A stretch of 64,000 bases of DNA from Paraspadella gotoi (Eukaryota > Animalia > Chaetognatha), in NCBI GenBank assembly GCA_051294375.1, contig CM119267.1:16220543-16284542 (forward strand), written 5' to 3'. The notes under the pieces are model-generated. The model saw only the letters and a program-made list of their open reading frames with translations. It did not search any database and had not been told where the DNA came from. Shown piece by piece: positions 24,340 through 37,626 of the stretch. Numbering within the stretch: the stretch's first letter is position 1; each line of letters starts with the position of its first letter. A program made the translations under genes and the position numbers.

Positions 24340-27300
24340 GTTATTTTTTTTTAGTTAAATTCGTTAAATGTTTTTTTTTTTTTGGATAGCCACGTATCTA
24401 CAAACTACCGCATCTAAGCTACAATACAAATTGTTCTCGGGTTCTCTTAAAATATCTATTTCTGCACTATTCTTCTCTTCCATCCTTGTCGTCGTCTCTT
24501 ATCTTCGGAATCAGACAAGATACATGCTGCGGAGTTCAACATTCTCTGTAGATCGCACTGACAGTCTCACTCTGGTCAGGTTTAGAATTTTTTGCTTAAT
24601 CTCGAGATTAGTACAGCGAGAAACACATAGTGCCTAATAGCCTTAATTCAACCTATACATCATAGTTTTCACTCTTTGTCCGCATCGCAGAGACTAACGG
24701 TGTGCGTTCTGGCTGATAGTAGGATAGAGAGGATACGAGTATAGTATAACTGCATACGGGGAAAGGAGATAAATGAGATACATTGTAGAATGTTTCGCGT
24801 ATAAAATGAAAAAGCTGGGTACACCGATTGTTGTTATTTGTGAGTTGGGTTAGTATATTATTTAGAGAGCTAGGATATGTGTTATACGACCTCGGACATG
24901 ATTGTATTCATAGAGTCCTGTGGGATTAAATTGCGACTATTCGTGGCAACCGGGAATCATTTGGAAATTAATTCTTCTTCTTGTATATTTATGAACATAG
25001 AAATTATTTAAATAATTATATCTAGTACGATATATGAGAATATGCGAGAATATATAAACGGGATATTTGAATTAGAAATTAACAGCGAGCTAAGATAGAA
25101 CTTGGACTAGATCTGATGCACAATCATGGACTGAGATATATATATTAAAAATTCGTGATTTTTCCGTCCCGTCTCTAACTATATATATAACCCCATTTTC
25201 TCATCCAGTCCTCCTTCGCGCGGAAACCGTGAACCGACTCAAGAAGTCGATTGCACCTGATTCTCATACCGAACGTAGTGTGTAAGAAAAGAGGAAATGC
25301 TCTGCTGTGACGCGAGAGGTGCTGCCGCGACCCACGGCCTCGGACGTAGCTAGACTGCGGGCTTTTAGCTGCGGCTTTGCTGGGAAAGCATATCGGAGGC
25401 GTCTCTGGATACGTAGCGCCTCTTGACCCGGCCGAGAGTCCCAGGAGCCGCGTTCTAGGCCTTCTACTTGAGTTTGGGACTATCGACCGTTATTATGGAA
25501 TGAACTGTTGCGGTATGCTTGCCTCTTGGCTGCCTGTCGCGATGAGTGGGCGTTGGCTCTAGCTCGTCGGTCACGTCAAGGAATCGAGTAAGATCACAAC
25601 GAGGCTCTCGCTGACTCTCATATTATATAATAGACGAATACAAGCATAAAAGAATTACTGCGGCGGTCGTTCTTATAAAAGAAATGTTGGGTCGGAGTTA
25701 TCGCCCTTGGCATCTTATTTCACAAAATAAAAATTGCAGATGAAAAAACTTCGAGTCTGATGAGTTATAAAGTTTTACAAAGCCAGATGTGAGATTCATG
25801 AGGGAAGTTCGTTGAGAGTATCTAATTTTTAAGTATAGATTGCGGTTCACTCGTATGAGATACGTCCGCATTAGCTGGCCGTGATCTTATATAATTAGCC
25901 ATATTGAAAACTTTTTTGTAAGGATCTTTTATATGATAGCTATTTTTGTTGTTTTATATATGAATATTTTACTTTTTTCATGCTACACTAGATATTTATT
26001 CATCCTGCAGGAGAAGTCAAACTTGCTAAAATGAGATTTTAGGTATGTTTATCGTTGGTTTTTTTTATATTTATTATTATTTTTATAATAGTGTATATAA
26101 TAGTACGATCAGTCCGGAAGGAGCACTTTTGGACATATTTTGATACATGTATCATGTGTACAGAAGCTGAGTACTTTACACATAAGTAGATCAATATGTC
26201 ATGTAATGCGAGGAAATAGTTTCACCAAAATTTGTTTCCTCTTAAAATGTGCTTCTTTTATAAAAATGGCAAAGCTTCACAGATAGGTGATTCTTTTACT
26301 ATCGGTTAACTTTAAAGGAGTAATAGGCTATGACATTCATTCTCTCAATTTTAATAATTCACCGCCTCAATAAACTAACATATATATATCTCCTTTACTC
26401 AATGCGTAGGACGCATTTTAATGAGGAACAAAAATTGGAAAGCGAAAGTATTTCTTCAATATTTGTATTTAAGAGCCAGATAGCTCATGTCTTTAATTAC
26501 TTCTGAGACCTTTCTTTTCCTCTATATTCTTGAGTATCTATTCTTTAGCACTCACTACATGATGTCAATATTGGCCAAATGGCCATATACCTCACCTGCT
26601 CTTCTGTCACACGACTCGCGAGTCATTCTTGCTCTCTTACTTTTTCTTATATGATATTCTGCATTTTTATATATTATATCACTGCAGCTAGTTTCGAGTA
26701 TTTATACACCTCTCTTTCGAGTTCTTCCTTAGTGGTGTGATGCGCCAGGCCTGGTCAGCTATATCGCTGATGATTCGTGGGTCAAGTCTATCTGTCGTCG
26801 TGGTTGTGTAAAAATTTCTCTCTCGGATATTATATTAATATTTGCTTCATTAATCTAAAATAACATATATTTATCTTCTGAATATGCTTAAGTGGTTGCC
26901 GTCACATTGCTCTTTTCTGAATGTCGAGTATTTAAAAAAAACGAGTTTCACAGAGAAGCTACATCATATCATCCTCGTCTCACAATATTACCGTCGTCAC
27001 CTCTCGCCTAGCGTCCTCTCTCCTCTCTCTCTCTCGCCCGCCTTTCAGGAATGTCGCTCTCCACTTCTAATATAACTTATAATCAGTCGAAAAAGCTACC
27101 GATACACTTTCTCTTTGCAATCTGTCATGTGCATGTTTTCTATTTTTACAAATATAACACAAATTCAGTTGGCACTTATGATATTAAGTTTCACGCTCCA
27201 TAACCGTATTCTATATATGAAAAATTCTTATTTATGTGATAGGAATTTTCCCATATCTCTAATATAAAACATAAAGTATTCATACATCGCAGTTTATAGC

Positions 27301-27714
27301 GCCGACGCCTCATATCATTGCTCAATACAATATTGAGTACCCATATTATACGAGTTCTTCTGAGAGTTATACACTCATAGTAGATCATTTTTGTAGAAAA
27401 TGTGAAGAACGTCCTAGAGACGATGGAACAAATTCAGCTTCGAGCTCTGTATTTCGCGGGACTAAGAGATTTTGCCGGGCGCAACGAGATATATACATTA
27501 TTGAGAGAGAGTTCGAAATGCTGCACACATTGAGAAGACATAAACATACCCTACTGAGTCTGAACGGCATGGTACGTCAGAGAATTACGATGACGCAAAC
27601 GTTGGAATACGGCAGAGAGATATCGAGAGCTTTATCGCCCACGGATAGTAAACAAGAGTGACCTAATTTAGCGTATCGTTGGCGGTGAAACTTTCTCTGC
27701 TCATCTGCTCTCAG

Positions 27715-27754
<40 letters not shown>

Positions 27755-30105
27755 CTTCTCTGCTAGTACTTGGATTTCTCATCTTCTGTCTTATCTCGGT
27801 CATCTCTCTCTCTGCTCTCACATCTCTTCTGCTTCTTGTTTTTTATTACAAAAAAAAATTTATATCAACTGTGTAAACAGAGTTAATACAACGTGTTTTC
27901 CGTGGCTCTCATCTCCTCGTCTCGATCTCTTCTCTCGATCTTCTATCTTATCTTTTCCTCTCTAATCTGTTCTCTCTTTCTCGTCTTTCTGCTCGGAGTC
28001 TTTTTCTTGTACATAAGAATAAGTTTTTAGTAGCACCTTTTTTTACCATGCCGTCAGCTGCGACGAGAGTAAACGAGTTCCGGCTCTCTCTATCTCAATC
28101 TCTCTCTCTACTCTTTTGTTTTTTTACAAAAAAAAATTTTTTAGTCATTTTTTCATCTCTCTCTCTCTCTGTCTCTCTCTCATATGTACTGTTATTGTGT
28201 TTTTTTGAAAAATTCTTATTATTTTTTTCGCTTCTAAAAACTTTTATATTATGCGCTCATTTAATTTTTTTTTCTCTAATACAAAATCCCAAATTTACAT
28301 CCGAGATTTTCCATGGGATTCCTTTTAGAAAAAAAGGAAAAATAACATTATAATCGCAGGCAATGTCACATGTACATCAGCTTGCTGCTGTAACATATAG
28401 CTGCTATATGGTCCGGCCAATTGTCGACGGATTAATTTAAATACATATATTAATCTTTTAAATCAAAAAAAATTTTTTTGTTTTGTTTATTAACATGGTA
28501 ACTTTGGACTCGGTCGGCCCACTATTGGCACATTATATGCTAAAATAGGAGTTTGAGAAGAGAGATATTGTCCAAATTAAACATTAAACTTTTTTTGTTA
28601 TTCTAATAATTATTTTAAACAGATGTTTAAAATTGTAAATTTTTTAGTGTATATATTAATCATTTTTATTCTTTTTTAAAAATAATAATTATTTGAGTTG
28701 GGATAAATATTTATAAATTAGTTAAAATATGCATAAATATGAAAATTTGAATCTCGGATCTGGTTTCCTTCTTAAAAAATAAAGAAACAACAGAAATTTC
28801 ATTTCAAAAGGTAGAAGGAAAGAGTTCGTCCTAATCTGGCAGATCGGTCGCACACCACGAGCAGTTCAGCTCTGCAAGGGGCGGTCCACAGCTTCTGATC
28901 AGTAATACTCTTAATATAAACGAGAGTGAAAACTGTGACCAAAGCCTCTCTCACAACTATGTTCTTTCTCTCATCTCCCAAGTACGTCCGACTAGTCCCT
29001 CTCTCTTCTCTGCTCTTCTCTCATCTCTCTTTCATTCATTACACGCATTTCGTAATGTTTGTTTTAATCTTACGATGGAATGACCTCATCGCGCGTCGAA
29101 ATGAATGACTCATCATCGCATCAATGAATGATTAACATCATCATCAATGAAGTGATTATCATCAACATCAATGAATGACTACTCATACGCATCAATCATT
29201 TGATTATCATTCACAGTCAGTTATTATTTTATTATCAATCGCATCAATTATTGTGTTTAATCATACGCATCAATATTTGGTTATCATCGCAATCAATATT
29301 CTGGTATCATCAAAAGAGGCTCCGATTCTTATGCTTTTAAGGATATTTTTTCATCACCTATGTTAACATTATCTACTGCGTCATATAACCTTTTCATATA
29401 GTTATGGTAAACTTTGCTACTCTTCATTAGTTTTGGCAATTCAGCACGTTGTCAAAGTGATCAAAAAGAAATTTGCAAATTTAATCTAGGAAAAAGTTCA
29501 AATAAAAGTTTCATTATTAAAAAGTTGTACCGTGTTGGCCACCACTTACCCATGCAATATTTCGAGCACGCTCGCGTCACTGACATTCTCATCTCTTCGT
29601 CAGACGCGTACGCGTAACTCTCGTCACGCCGGTCGATTCACAACGACAGACTATAATTTTTTTTAGCCTCGCGGCCACGGGCGGTGGTTGCAGCGGCGCT
29701 TCACGGTCGCTGACACGCGAAAGCGAGTTGTCGGTCACGCTTTCGATCACCCCCTTCGTCGTTATCCGTCATGGAGAAGAGAGGAGAGAGAAGAGAGAGC
29801 ATGAGAGAGAGAGAGAGATGAGAAGAGAGGAGAGAGAGAGAGAGAGATGAGAGTAGACGATGAGAGCAGAGAGCAGAGATGGAGAGGGAAAAAATGTCCT
29901 GTCACTTTTTCGAGGGTTGAGTGACAAAATACAGGAAAAACCCCTCTCCCCGAGCCAATGAAATGGAACATTTCAATGAGACAAAGTTGAAATGAAGGGA
30001 AGGTGTGGACGGGGCCATGAAGGCTAGAACGCTAGTGAACAGGTAGTCGGTAATGAGAAGTTTCTGCCTTTATGTGTTTAGGGGGGCTGGGGGGATTATG
30101 GAGAG
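24340..30105. other. Low-quality, insertion-inflated sequence (probable uncorrected long-read gap fill) partly re-reading 23270-24150
   Basis: 24340-25400 is an expanded version of 23270-23860 (TTCGTTAAATGTTTTTT..., GAAAAGAGGAAATGCTCT). 29370-29680 is a noisy version of 23874-24150 (GTGATCAAAAAGAAATTT, CCATGCAATATTTCGAG). Confidence 0.7.
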
Positions 30106-31171
30106 ANNNNNNNNNNNNNNNNNNNNNNNNNTGGAGAGAGTTGGGGATGTTTGAATGGGGTGGGGATGATGGAAATGACAGGAGATCTAATGTTGAGAAA
30201 GGTTGAGCCTGGTAAGCTAAACTAGTGGGAGGGGAGGTTTTAGTCGAAGAGTAAATATTTTTTTCGAAGAATAATGATGAAAAAAAGTTAACCAAATAAC
30301 CTTATTTAAGGTTATCTCTACGAAAATGTCAATGTGACTTTTAAACATACATTCTACTACATTAAATACATTCTTGCTCATGCAATATATTAAATTTTTA
30401 AAGATATAAGATATAAGATAAATCTCAGTCTCGTCTTAATCTTCCATTCATCCTATCGATTCAACATTGTTCTTTTGTCCTTCGAAAAGAGATTCGATCC
30501 GAGACGCCTAGAGGCTTAAGTAGCGATGGTAGTTAGATCGCAAAAAAAAAAGGGAGGGAGGGCGCTAGGGCGCCTAATTGCGTCACTGCAAATCGAAAGG
30601 AGAAATGTTTTCGGACTCGAACCACGCCGACTTGGCGTTACTAATGCGCCCCCAAAAAAACATGAAGAGCCTCCGTCACGAGTCTTATGTATTTATGATA
30701 ACGAGTTTGTCCGAGTGTCCAGCGCGCGGGGATCGAACGACCGCGCCCCCTCTTTCGGACGACGCCGAACAGAGACGCCCACGAAACGTCGAGTTTCGTT
30801 CGCGAGTTTGAGCGAACGCGTTTTCAGAGCGTGACATAACTTGTCCGCGAGAAGGAGTCAATGAAACAGTTGGTCAATCGTTGTTGAACGGATGGAAAAA
30901 GTATTCTGGGAGAGGGTCAGGATAATGATATATAAATAATATTCTTCGGTCATGCGGGAAAAAAATTTATGTAGAAACACTTTTTTGCATAAAGTATTTT
31001 CAAAATTCGCCATTGTGTATTTATTATGCTCTTTCCGTCGAAGTTGCTTTTCCGAGTTTAATCTCCGAATTTATCAGAAAAATGTACGAAGACGTTTGGA
31101 CGACACCAAATTCAAAAAAAGTTCCTCCGGGTCACATTAGTTTTATCGGCCGTAGTTGAGGATTTGATCTT

Positions 31172-31211
<40 letters not shown>

Positions 31212-31744
31212 GTCGTCTTCCGAAAGTCGACGTGTCGGTCATTCCAATGACACAATCTCCATCATATGGGGGCCAAGTGTGTGCCAAGCCTACAAAGAAG
31301 CCCCGAAGTTGGTCTCGTTCGTCATCTCTCCTCTTGCTCGTCGATCGCTCTCTCGTCATCAGTCTTCCATCTCTCATCATCTCTCTCTCTCTTCTCTCCT
31401 GGACAATGTTTTCTGTTAAAATTTTTTCACAATTTTTAAGCGATCAGAAGTAATAAAAAAAATGTTTATTTTTCTTTTCAAACTATTACGTCATTGAAAC
31501 CCACCTAAAAAATTACGAGTACATTCTCAGCCCATTTTCCTTTGTCAAACTTTTAAACCAGAAATCGTACTTCCTCAGTTTTCTTGTCCACAATCATTCC
31601 CACCTACTCCCCCCCTCCCCCTTCCTCACACCATAAAAATCCCCTCCTTCTACGCCATTTTTTCTTCCTCTCATTCTCACACAACCAACAATATCTCCCC
31701 GCTCGTCCTCTCTCTCTCAGAGCCATCAGGGTTCTCTCCTCTCT

Positions 31745-33863
31745 CTCTCTCTCTCATCTTCTCTCTACCTCTCTCCTTCCTCTCTCTCTCTCCTCGTTCC
31801 ATCCCACTCGGTTCTGAAGATATCGGCGCTACATGGGTGCTACATCGGTATATTAATCTTTTTGAGGTCAAATTGTCAGCATTACTGGGGCCGTTGCCCA
31901 GCGGAACGATCGCAGATTTCGCGTCCTTCACTTATTTCATCTCTTATGGGCCGCCAGGAAAAAAAAAAGAGAGGTAGAGGTTTTGTCACGAATGTCCCAA
32001 TTTTGAAGGCGCTGAGGACATATTATTTCGCCCTCTTTCTCTAGCTTTCGTTAAAAATCGTTTCCCGATGCGAATAATTCTAACCTACTTAAACGTATAT
32101 CTCTAACCCTTTACGTCCATTTTTGTTGCATTTCCATACTTATGTCTTGCCAATAGATTAAGGCAATTTTAAACTATTGACATTTGTTACAGAAAAAGGG
32201 AGATCTCTTTTTCTCGCCTTGAAAAAAAAAAAGCCAGTTTTCAATTTGAAAAAAATATTATATACATTCTCATTTTAAAGATATTTGACAAGCAATAAAT
32301 TTACGAGAAACCGAAAGAATCAGGGACAAAGAGAAAGACTTCAATACAGAAAAAGAAAGATTAAAAAAGAAAGAGGAAAACTTAAAAAAAAAAAAAAAAG
32401 ACATTATCGGGAGACAAGTAGAAAGACAAAGCGAGCGAAGCGACAGGATAGGCGGACATAAAGAACGATCAAGTCCGACGTGCGAAGGATCGAGGGAACA
32501 AAGGTCAAAGTTTGGGAACTCGTACACGAAGTCGAAGGGAGGGGTAGGGAGGGGAGGTCGGAAGTTCTAGAGAGGTTGGGAGGGGAAAGGGGGAGAGAAC
32601 GCGCGGGAAACCGAAAGGTCAATAGACACTAATATGCTGATTGTGGGTCTTTTTGAATACCGCAGTGTACGCGACCTCTGAAGTCGAATGACGAGGCGCG
32701 ACGATATTAGAATGTGGATGGCGGAGCGACGGCCGATTTCTGAGCCCTTGCGTGCTTTTTAAGAAGATTTTTTTTTTTTTCCTTTCGGTAGATTTAAACC
32801 ATAATTCCTTGAAATCATAAGACATATTAAAACAAATTAATCTATAGAAGTAGGAATTGGTAACCCATGATATTAGTTTTTAGNNNNNNNNNNNNNNNNN
32901 NNNNNNNNTCTCTCCTCGTTCCCATCCCACTCGGTCTGAGACTATGGCGCTCATGGTGCTCATGGTATTTATCTTTTTGGTCAATTCAGCATTTGGCCGT
33001 TTGCCCACGACGATCGCAGATTTCGCGTCCTCCTATTTCATCTCTTATGGGCGCCAAGGAAAAAAAAAAGAAGTAGAGGTTGTCCCAATGTCCCAATGAA
33101 GGCGCTGAGCATTTTTCCCCCTCTTTCTCTGCTTTCGTTAAAATCGTTTCCCGATCGAATATTCTACTACTAACGTATATCTCAACCTTTACGTCCATTT
33201 TTGTTGCTTTCATACTTAGTTTGCCAATGATTAAGGCATTTTAAACTATTGACAATTTGTTACAAAAAAGGGAGATCTCTTTTTCTGAAAAAAAAAAGCC
33301 AGTTTCAATTTGAAAAAAATATATATATACAATTCTCATTTGAAAGATATTGACAGCAATAAATTTCGAGAAACCGAAAGAATCAGGGACAAAGAGAAGA
33401 CTTCAATGACAGAAAAGAAAGAATTAAAAAAGAAGAGAAAACTAAAAAAAAAAAAAAGACATTATCGGGAGACAAGAGAAAGACAAAGCGAGCGAAGCGA
33501 CAGATAGCGGGACATAAAGACGATCAGTCCGCGGCGAAGGATCGAGGGACAAAGGTCAAAGTTGGGAGACTCGTCGAAGGTCGGAAGGGAGGGGAGGGGG
33601 AGTCGGAGTTCTAGAGAGGTTGGGGGGGAAGGGGGAGAGGAACGCGCGGGAAACCGAAAGGTCAATCGCTGATTTGGGCTTTTTAATCCGCGTCACCCGA
33701 ATCGAATGACGGGCGACGATTTAGAATCGATGCGGCGACGCCTTTGCCTTGCGTCTTTTTAAGAAGATTTTTTTTTTTTCCTTTCGTGATTTAAACATAT
33801 TCTTGAAATCAAACAATTTAAAACAATTTAATCTATGAAGTAGAATTGTCCCATATTATTTTA
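31745..33863. repeat. Tandem duplicate across a gap (31745-32883 is a noisy copy of 32909-33863)
   Basis: Collinear, e.g. ACGATCGCAGATTTCGCGTCCT and GAACGCGCGGGAAACCGAAAGGTCAAT. The first copy has many extra bases. Confidence 0.85.
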
Positions 33864-35412
33864 GCCACCAGGAAAAACGAATCATTAGAAAAATAAGAGG
33901 GTCATTGGTCAATGACCAATGGTCATCCCTCTTTACTTCACATTAACGAATTGACTTTTATACTTTTAGCATTTTTATCTTTCTTTTTTTAACTTCATCT
34001 GTTTCAATTTCTTTTATTTCAATAATTTTGGTCAAGATCTCAAACATTTTCTTTTCTTTTTTCTGATAACATTTTCAATTTGTATATACTATCTTTCCTT
34101 TTCAATTAACCTTTACATTTTCACATCTCGGTTTTCCTTTTCTTCTTTCTTTCTATTTCTCTTATCCCATTTCCATCTTTTTTTCTCTCTCTCTTTTCAT
34201 TTTCACATTTTCCCAAGAATTCATTCCTCCCATTCCGGAACTCGATCACCGTCTTTTCTCTCTCTCTCTCTCTCTCTCTCTCCTCTCGTCTCTCTCTCTC
34301 TCATCACTCTTACCGGACGAAATTTCTTCTCTCTCTCTCTCGTTCCGATTCTTTCTTTTTATGCAAATGGTGATTTAGAGTTTGTACGAATCGCCAGTAC
34401 CTAAACGAGCGCGCAAACGGCCCACTATGCATCCCGTCCGCTCCTGGGCNNNNNNNNNNNNNNNNNNNNNNNNNACCGAAGCGCCAACGCCCACTGCATC
34501 CCGTCCGCCCTGGGCCGCCGCCTCCACCCCTTATGTCGAACGGACACTGTCCGAAAGAGGCCTAAAGTCGCATCGACCAATCTCGCCGCCATTCCCAAAT
34601 CCCAAGGCACCACAACCAAATTACTTGTGCCGATATATTTCGCCAAACGTCTCCACAGTCCGCACTCTTCCCTTGTGCGCTTCCACACAGTCTTTCCACA
34701 TCCCTTACAGAGAGAGCCCTTTTTATTATTTCTTTTTTTTTCGAAATGTGGGTTCTGGGTCAATAGCGCCATCCAGCGTCCGAATTCGGGCCAAAAAAAA
34801 GTCGCACTATCACTTTTTTTTCCTCTGGAGACGAGAGAGAGAGAGAGACGGAGAGAGGCAGAGAGAGAAGAGAGAGAGAGAGAGATGGTCAGTTTTTAGT
34901 ATAGGATAGAGACGAGGAAATTGCTTGATTAGAGATTGCATGAGCAAAAAGACGCTTCGGGTTCAACCAAGCGAACGATGATGTAATATGAAGCTTGGCC
35001 GGAGAGGTGCGTCGGGGTTGGTCGGGTCGCAAGGGGATGGCGGTGTCGTTGATGAGATGGTACAAGCGTATGACGACCGGAATCGACGAGGAGCGGATGT
35101 TTCGTCTCCATCTCCCCAATCCAAGATAGACTATGAGCTTCGAAAGAGATTAAATCGAAAACGCTTAATAGTTTTTTCGGCGGGACGGGGCGGCGCGGTG
35201 GCGGCGCTCTGGAGATCGAGAGAGAGAGAGGGAGAGAGAGAGAGAGAGCAGAGAGAGAGAGAGAGAGAGAGAGAGCGCTCGTTTCTGCCTAATGAATGTC
35301 CGCCACGCTCCTAAAGATCACTCGCGATTTTTTTATAGTGTCATGTATCTCTATTTCGCTCTCTTTTTCATTACTTTTTTCGTCTCTCTGCTGTGGGTCT
35401 TTTTCTTTCATA

Positions 35413-35490
<78 letters not shown>

Positions 35491-35571
35491 GTCTCTCTCT
35501 CTCTCTCTTTATCTCTCTCTTTCTCTCTCTCGCCTTGCCTCCCCAAGGCAAACGCAAATTCTATCTTTCTT

Positions 35572-35644
<73 letters not shown>

Positions 35645-36074
35645 ANNNNNNNNNNNNNNNNNNNNNNNNNNNNNNNNNNNNNNNNNNNNNNNNNNNNNNN
35701 NNNNNNNNNNNNNNNNNNNNNNNNNNNNNNNNNNNNNNNNNNNNNNNNNNNNNNNNNNNNNNNNNNNNNNNNNNNNNNNNNNNNNNNNNNNNNNNNNNNN
35801 NNNNNNNNNNNNNNNNNNNNNNNNNNNNNNNNNNNNNNNNNNNNNNNNNNNNNNNNNNNNNNNNNNNNNNNNNNNNNNNNNNNNNNNNNNNNNNNNNNNN
35901 NNNAGAGACGTCGTCCTTGGAAACGGAATGATCCGAGTCTCAATTTTGTGTGAACCGGCGACTTTTGTTTGGCCACCAAAACCTTTTCCTTTTTTCCTCT
36001 TCAACTTTGCTTGGCTCATTCGTTTCTCTCTCCTTCAGCATCACGCTTCCCCCCACTCCGTCATTGCCGCTAAC

Positions 36075-36131
36075 CTTGGCCGGCGCAACGAGCTGCGACG
36101 TTGAAGGTCCATCGTGGTAATCGTCAGCCAT
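36075..36131 (-). CDS. Candidate first coding exon (MADDYHDGPSTSQLVAPAK) of an unidentified gene
   Basis: CCAAGATGGCTG start context, 19 codons, then AAG|GTTAGC donor. Downstream exons not established; non-repetitive candidates lie at about 34480-34700 and 34930-35120. Confidence 0.3.
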
Positions 36132-36173
36132 CTTGGATGTCTCAAATTTTAATTGGTACCAGAAAGAAATGAC

Positions 36174-36505
36174 AAAACAAGAACGGTAATTCCAATGTGT
36201 TGCGCCGCAGTGTATTTATTTCCCTTTGATCACATGATATGATAGGACATGGCTAAAAAACTTTCTTTGCCTGTGTATTTATGACATTCACTGCATTAAA
36301 ATTTCTTATAGTTTTAGGAATTCCTGAAGGTGGCGCTAGCAGTCACTTAGATTTGAGGTTTTTTCTCTCTTAACAAATGAACATCAACTATAAACAAAAT
36401 ATGCATTTTTAATGTAAGTGAGATAGACCAACGGACTGACATACTGACGGACCGACCGAAAAGTGACTTATTGAGTTACTCCGCGAGTACTTCGCAACTA
36501 AAAAA
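36174..36505 (-). mobile_element. HINE/DINE-1-like element, diverged copy
   Basis: Same ends and body as 5234-5553: ACAAGAACGGTAATTCCAATGTGTTGCGCCGCAG, TTCTTATAGTTTTAGGA, GCGCTAGCAGTCACTTAGATT, GACGGACCGACCGAAA, and a partly deleted palindrome GAGTTACTCCGCGAGTACTTCGCAACTAAAAAA. Confidence 0.7.
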
Positions 36506-37544
36506 TTCCTTAACTCAAACGACCGCAGCGAAAGCCTCACGTGAAAGCCGATCAAAATGAAGCCTTTTGTCCAAACTTTCTCGCTAAGAGTGGAAACACC
36601 TCACCGTGAAAATGTCTCGATGAAAAGCCCGAAAACAAAGCGCGAAAGTGACGCAAAGTGAAGTAGACGAACCTCTCCTTAAATGGTAAACACTTTTAGT
36701 TCCGTTTTTTAAAAGAGCCGTTTTGGTCACTCCTGACAAATAGTGTTCGGTCCAGAAGGACCAATTTTCTTACTAGACTTTCGTTGCTTTCCTAAAAGAC
36801 AAGTTTTAATTATTTGTTTTAGGCTTCTCAAATGTATTTGTAAACCCTATAAACTGTAGATTGTAAACCCTAAATCCAATAAGTCCATATTTCCTACTAC
36901 GTATAATATATACGTCGTATTATATGCCATTAAAAAAAAAACAAATTGCGCCTCTTTGGTTGATCCTATTGGATCGGGCTCGTAAACCCATTGAAATAAT
37001 AGAAAGCTTTTCCTTTTGGTGACTTACTTCTTTTTGCCCAATACTTAGATAACACGCCTACAAGAGTACAGAAAAAGAGAGGAGATTTTTATGATGTTCA
37101 TCGTCGTCGTCGTCGTCGTCGTCAACTTCGTAGCAAGGAAGGCCCCTCTCTGGTCGTAAAATCTTCCACTCGCCGTCTGCCCGCAATAAACTGACGTCGC
37201 CTTTCGTCACCGCGGCCGCCATCGACGCCGCCGCTGCCGCCGCCACCGCCGCCGCTGCCGCTGCCACCGCCGCCGCCATCTTTTTCTCGTCGTCGTTGTC
37301 GTCACCGTTAATCTCGGAGACTTTAATTTTGGTGACGTCGTCCCTTCCATCCTTATTCCGTCTTTCGTCACGATAGTTCTCTCTCTTTCGTAATTAATCG
37401 CTTCGTAGTATTAATCATATTTGTGCATTCAGTCATTCATAGATCATCACATAGTCGTCGTTGTCGTCGTCGTTATTTTGGACGGTCTCCTCCAGTAACG
37501 ATAGAGTTAAAGGCGTCACTCCATCCGTCTGTCCGCCTCAATCA

Positions 37545-37626
37545 AGACGACGACGACGCCGACGACGACGCCGACGACGACGACGACGACGACGACGACG
37601 CCGACGACGACGACGACGACGACGCC
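37545..37626. repeat. (GAC)n trinucleotide repeat with GCC interruptions
   Basis: Directly visible. A (GCC/GCT)n tract lies nearby at 37225-37278. Confidence 0.9.

Noticed and set aside
24340-30105. Sequence that looks like a hypermutated or expanded copy of the neighbouring DNA
   Set aside because: The insertion-dominated noise is best explained as an uncorrected low-quality read, not a mutagenic system.
34425-34772. GCGKT (P-loop-like) and WRRLAKYIG (death-domain-like) words in a minus-strand ORF
   Set aside because: These are isolated short matches, all three frames are open locally and no supporting domain context is visible.
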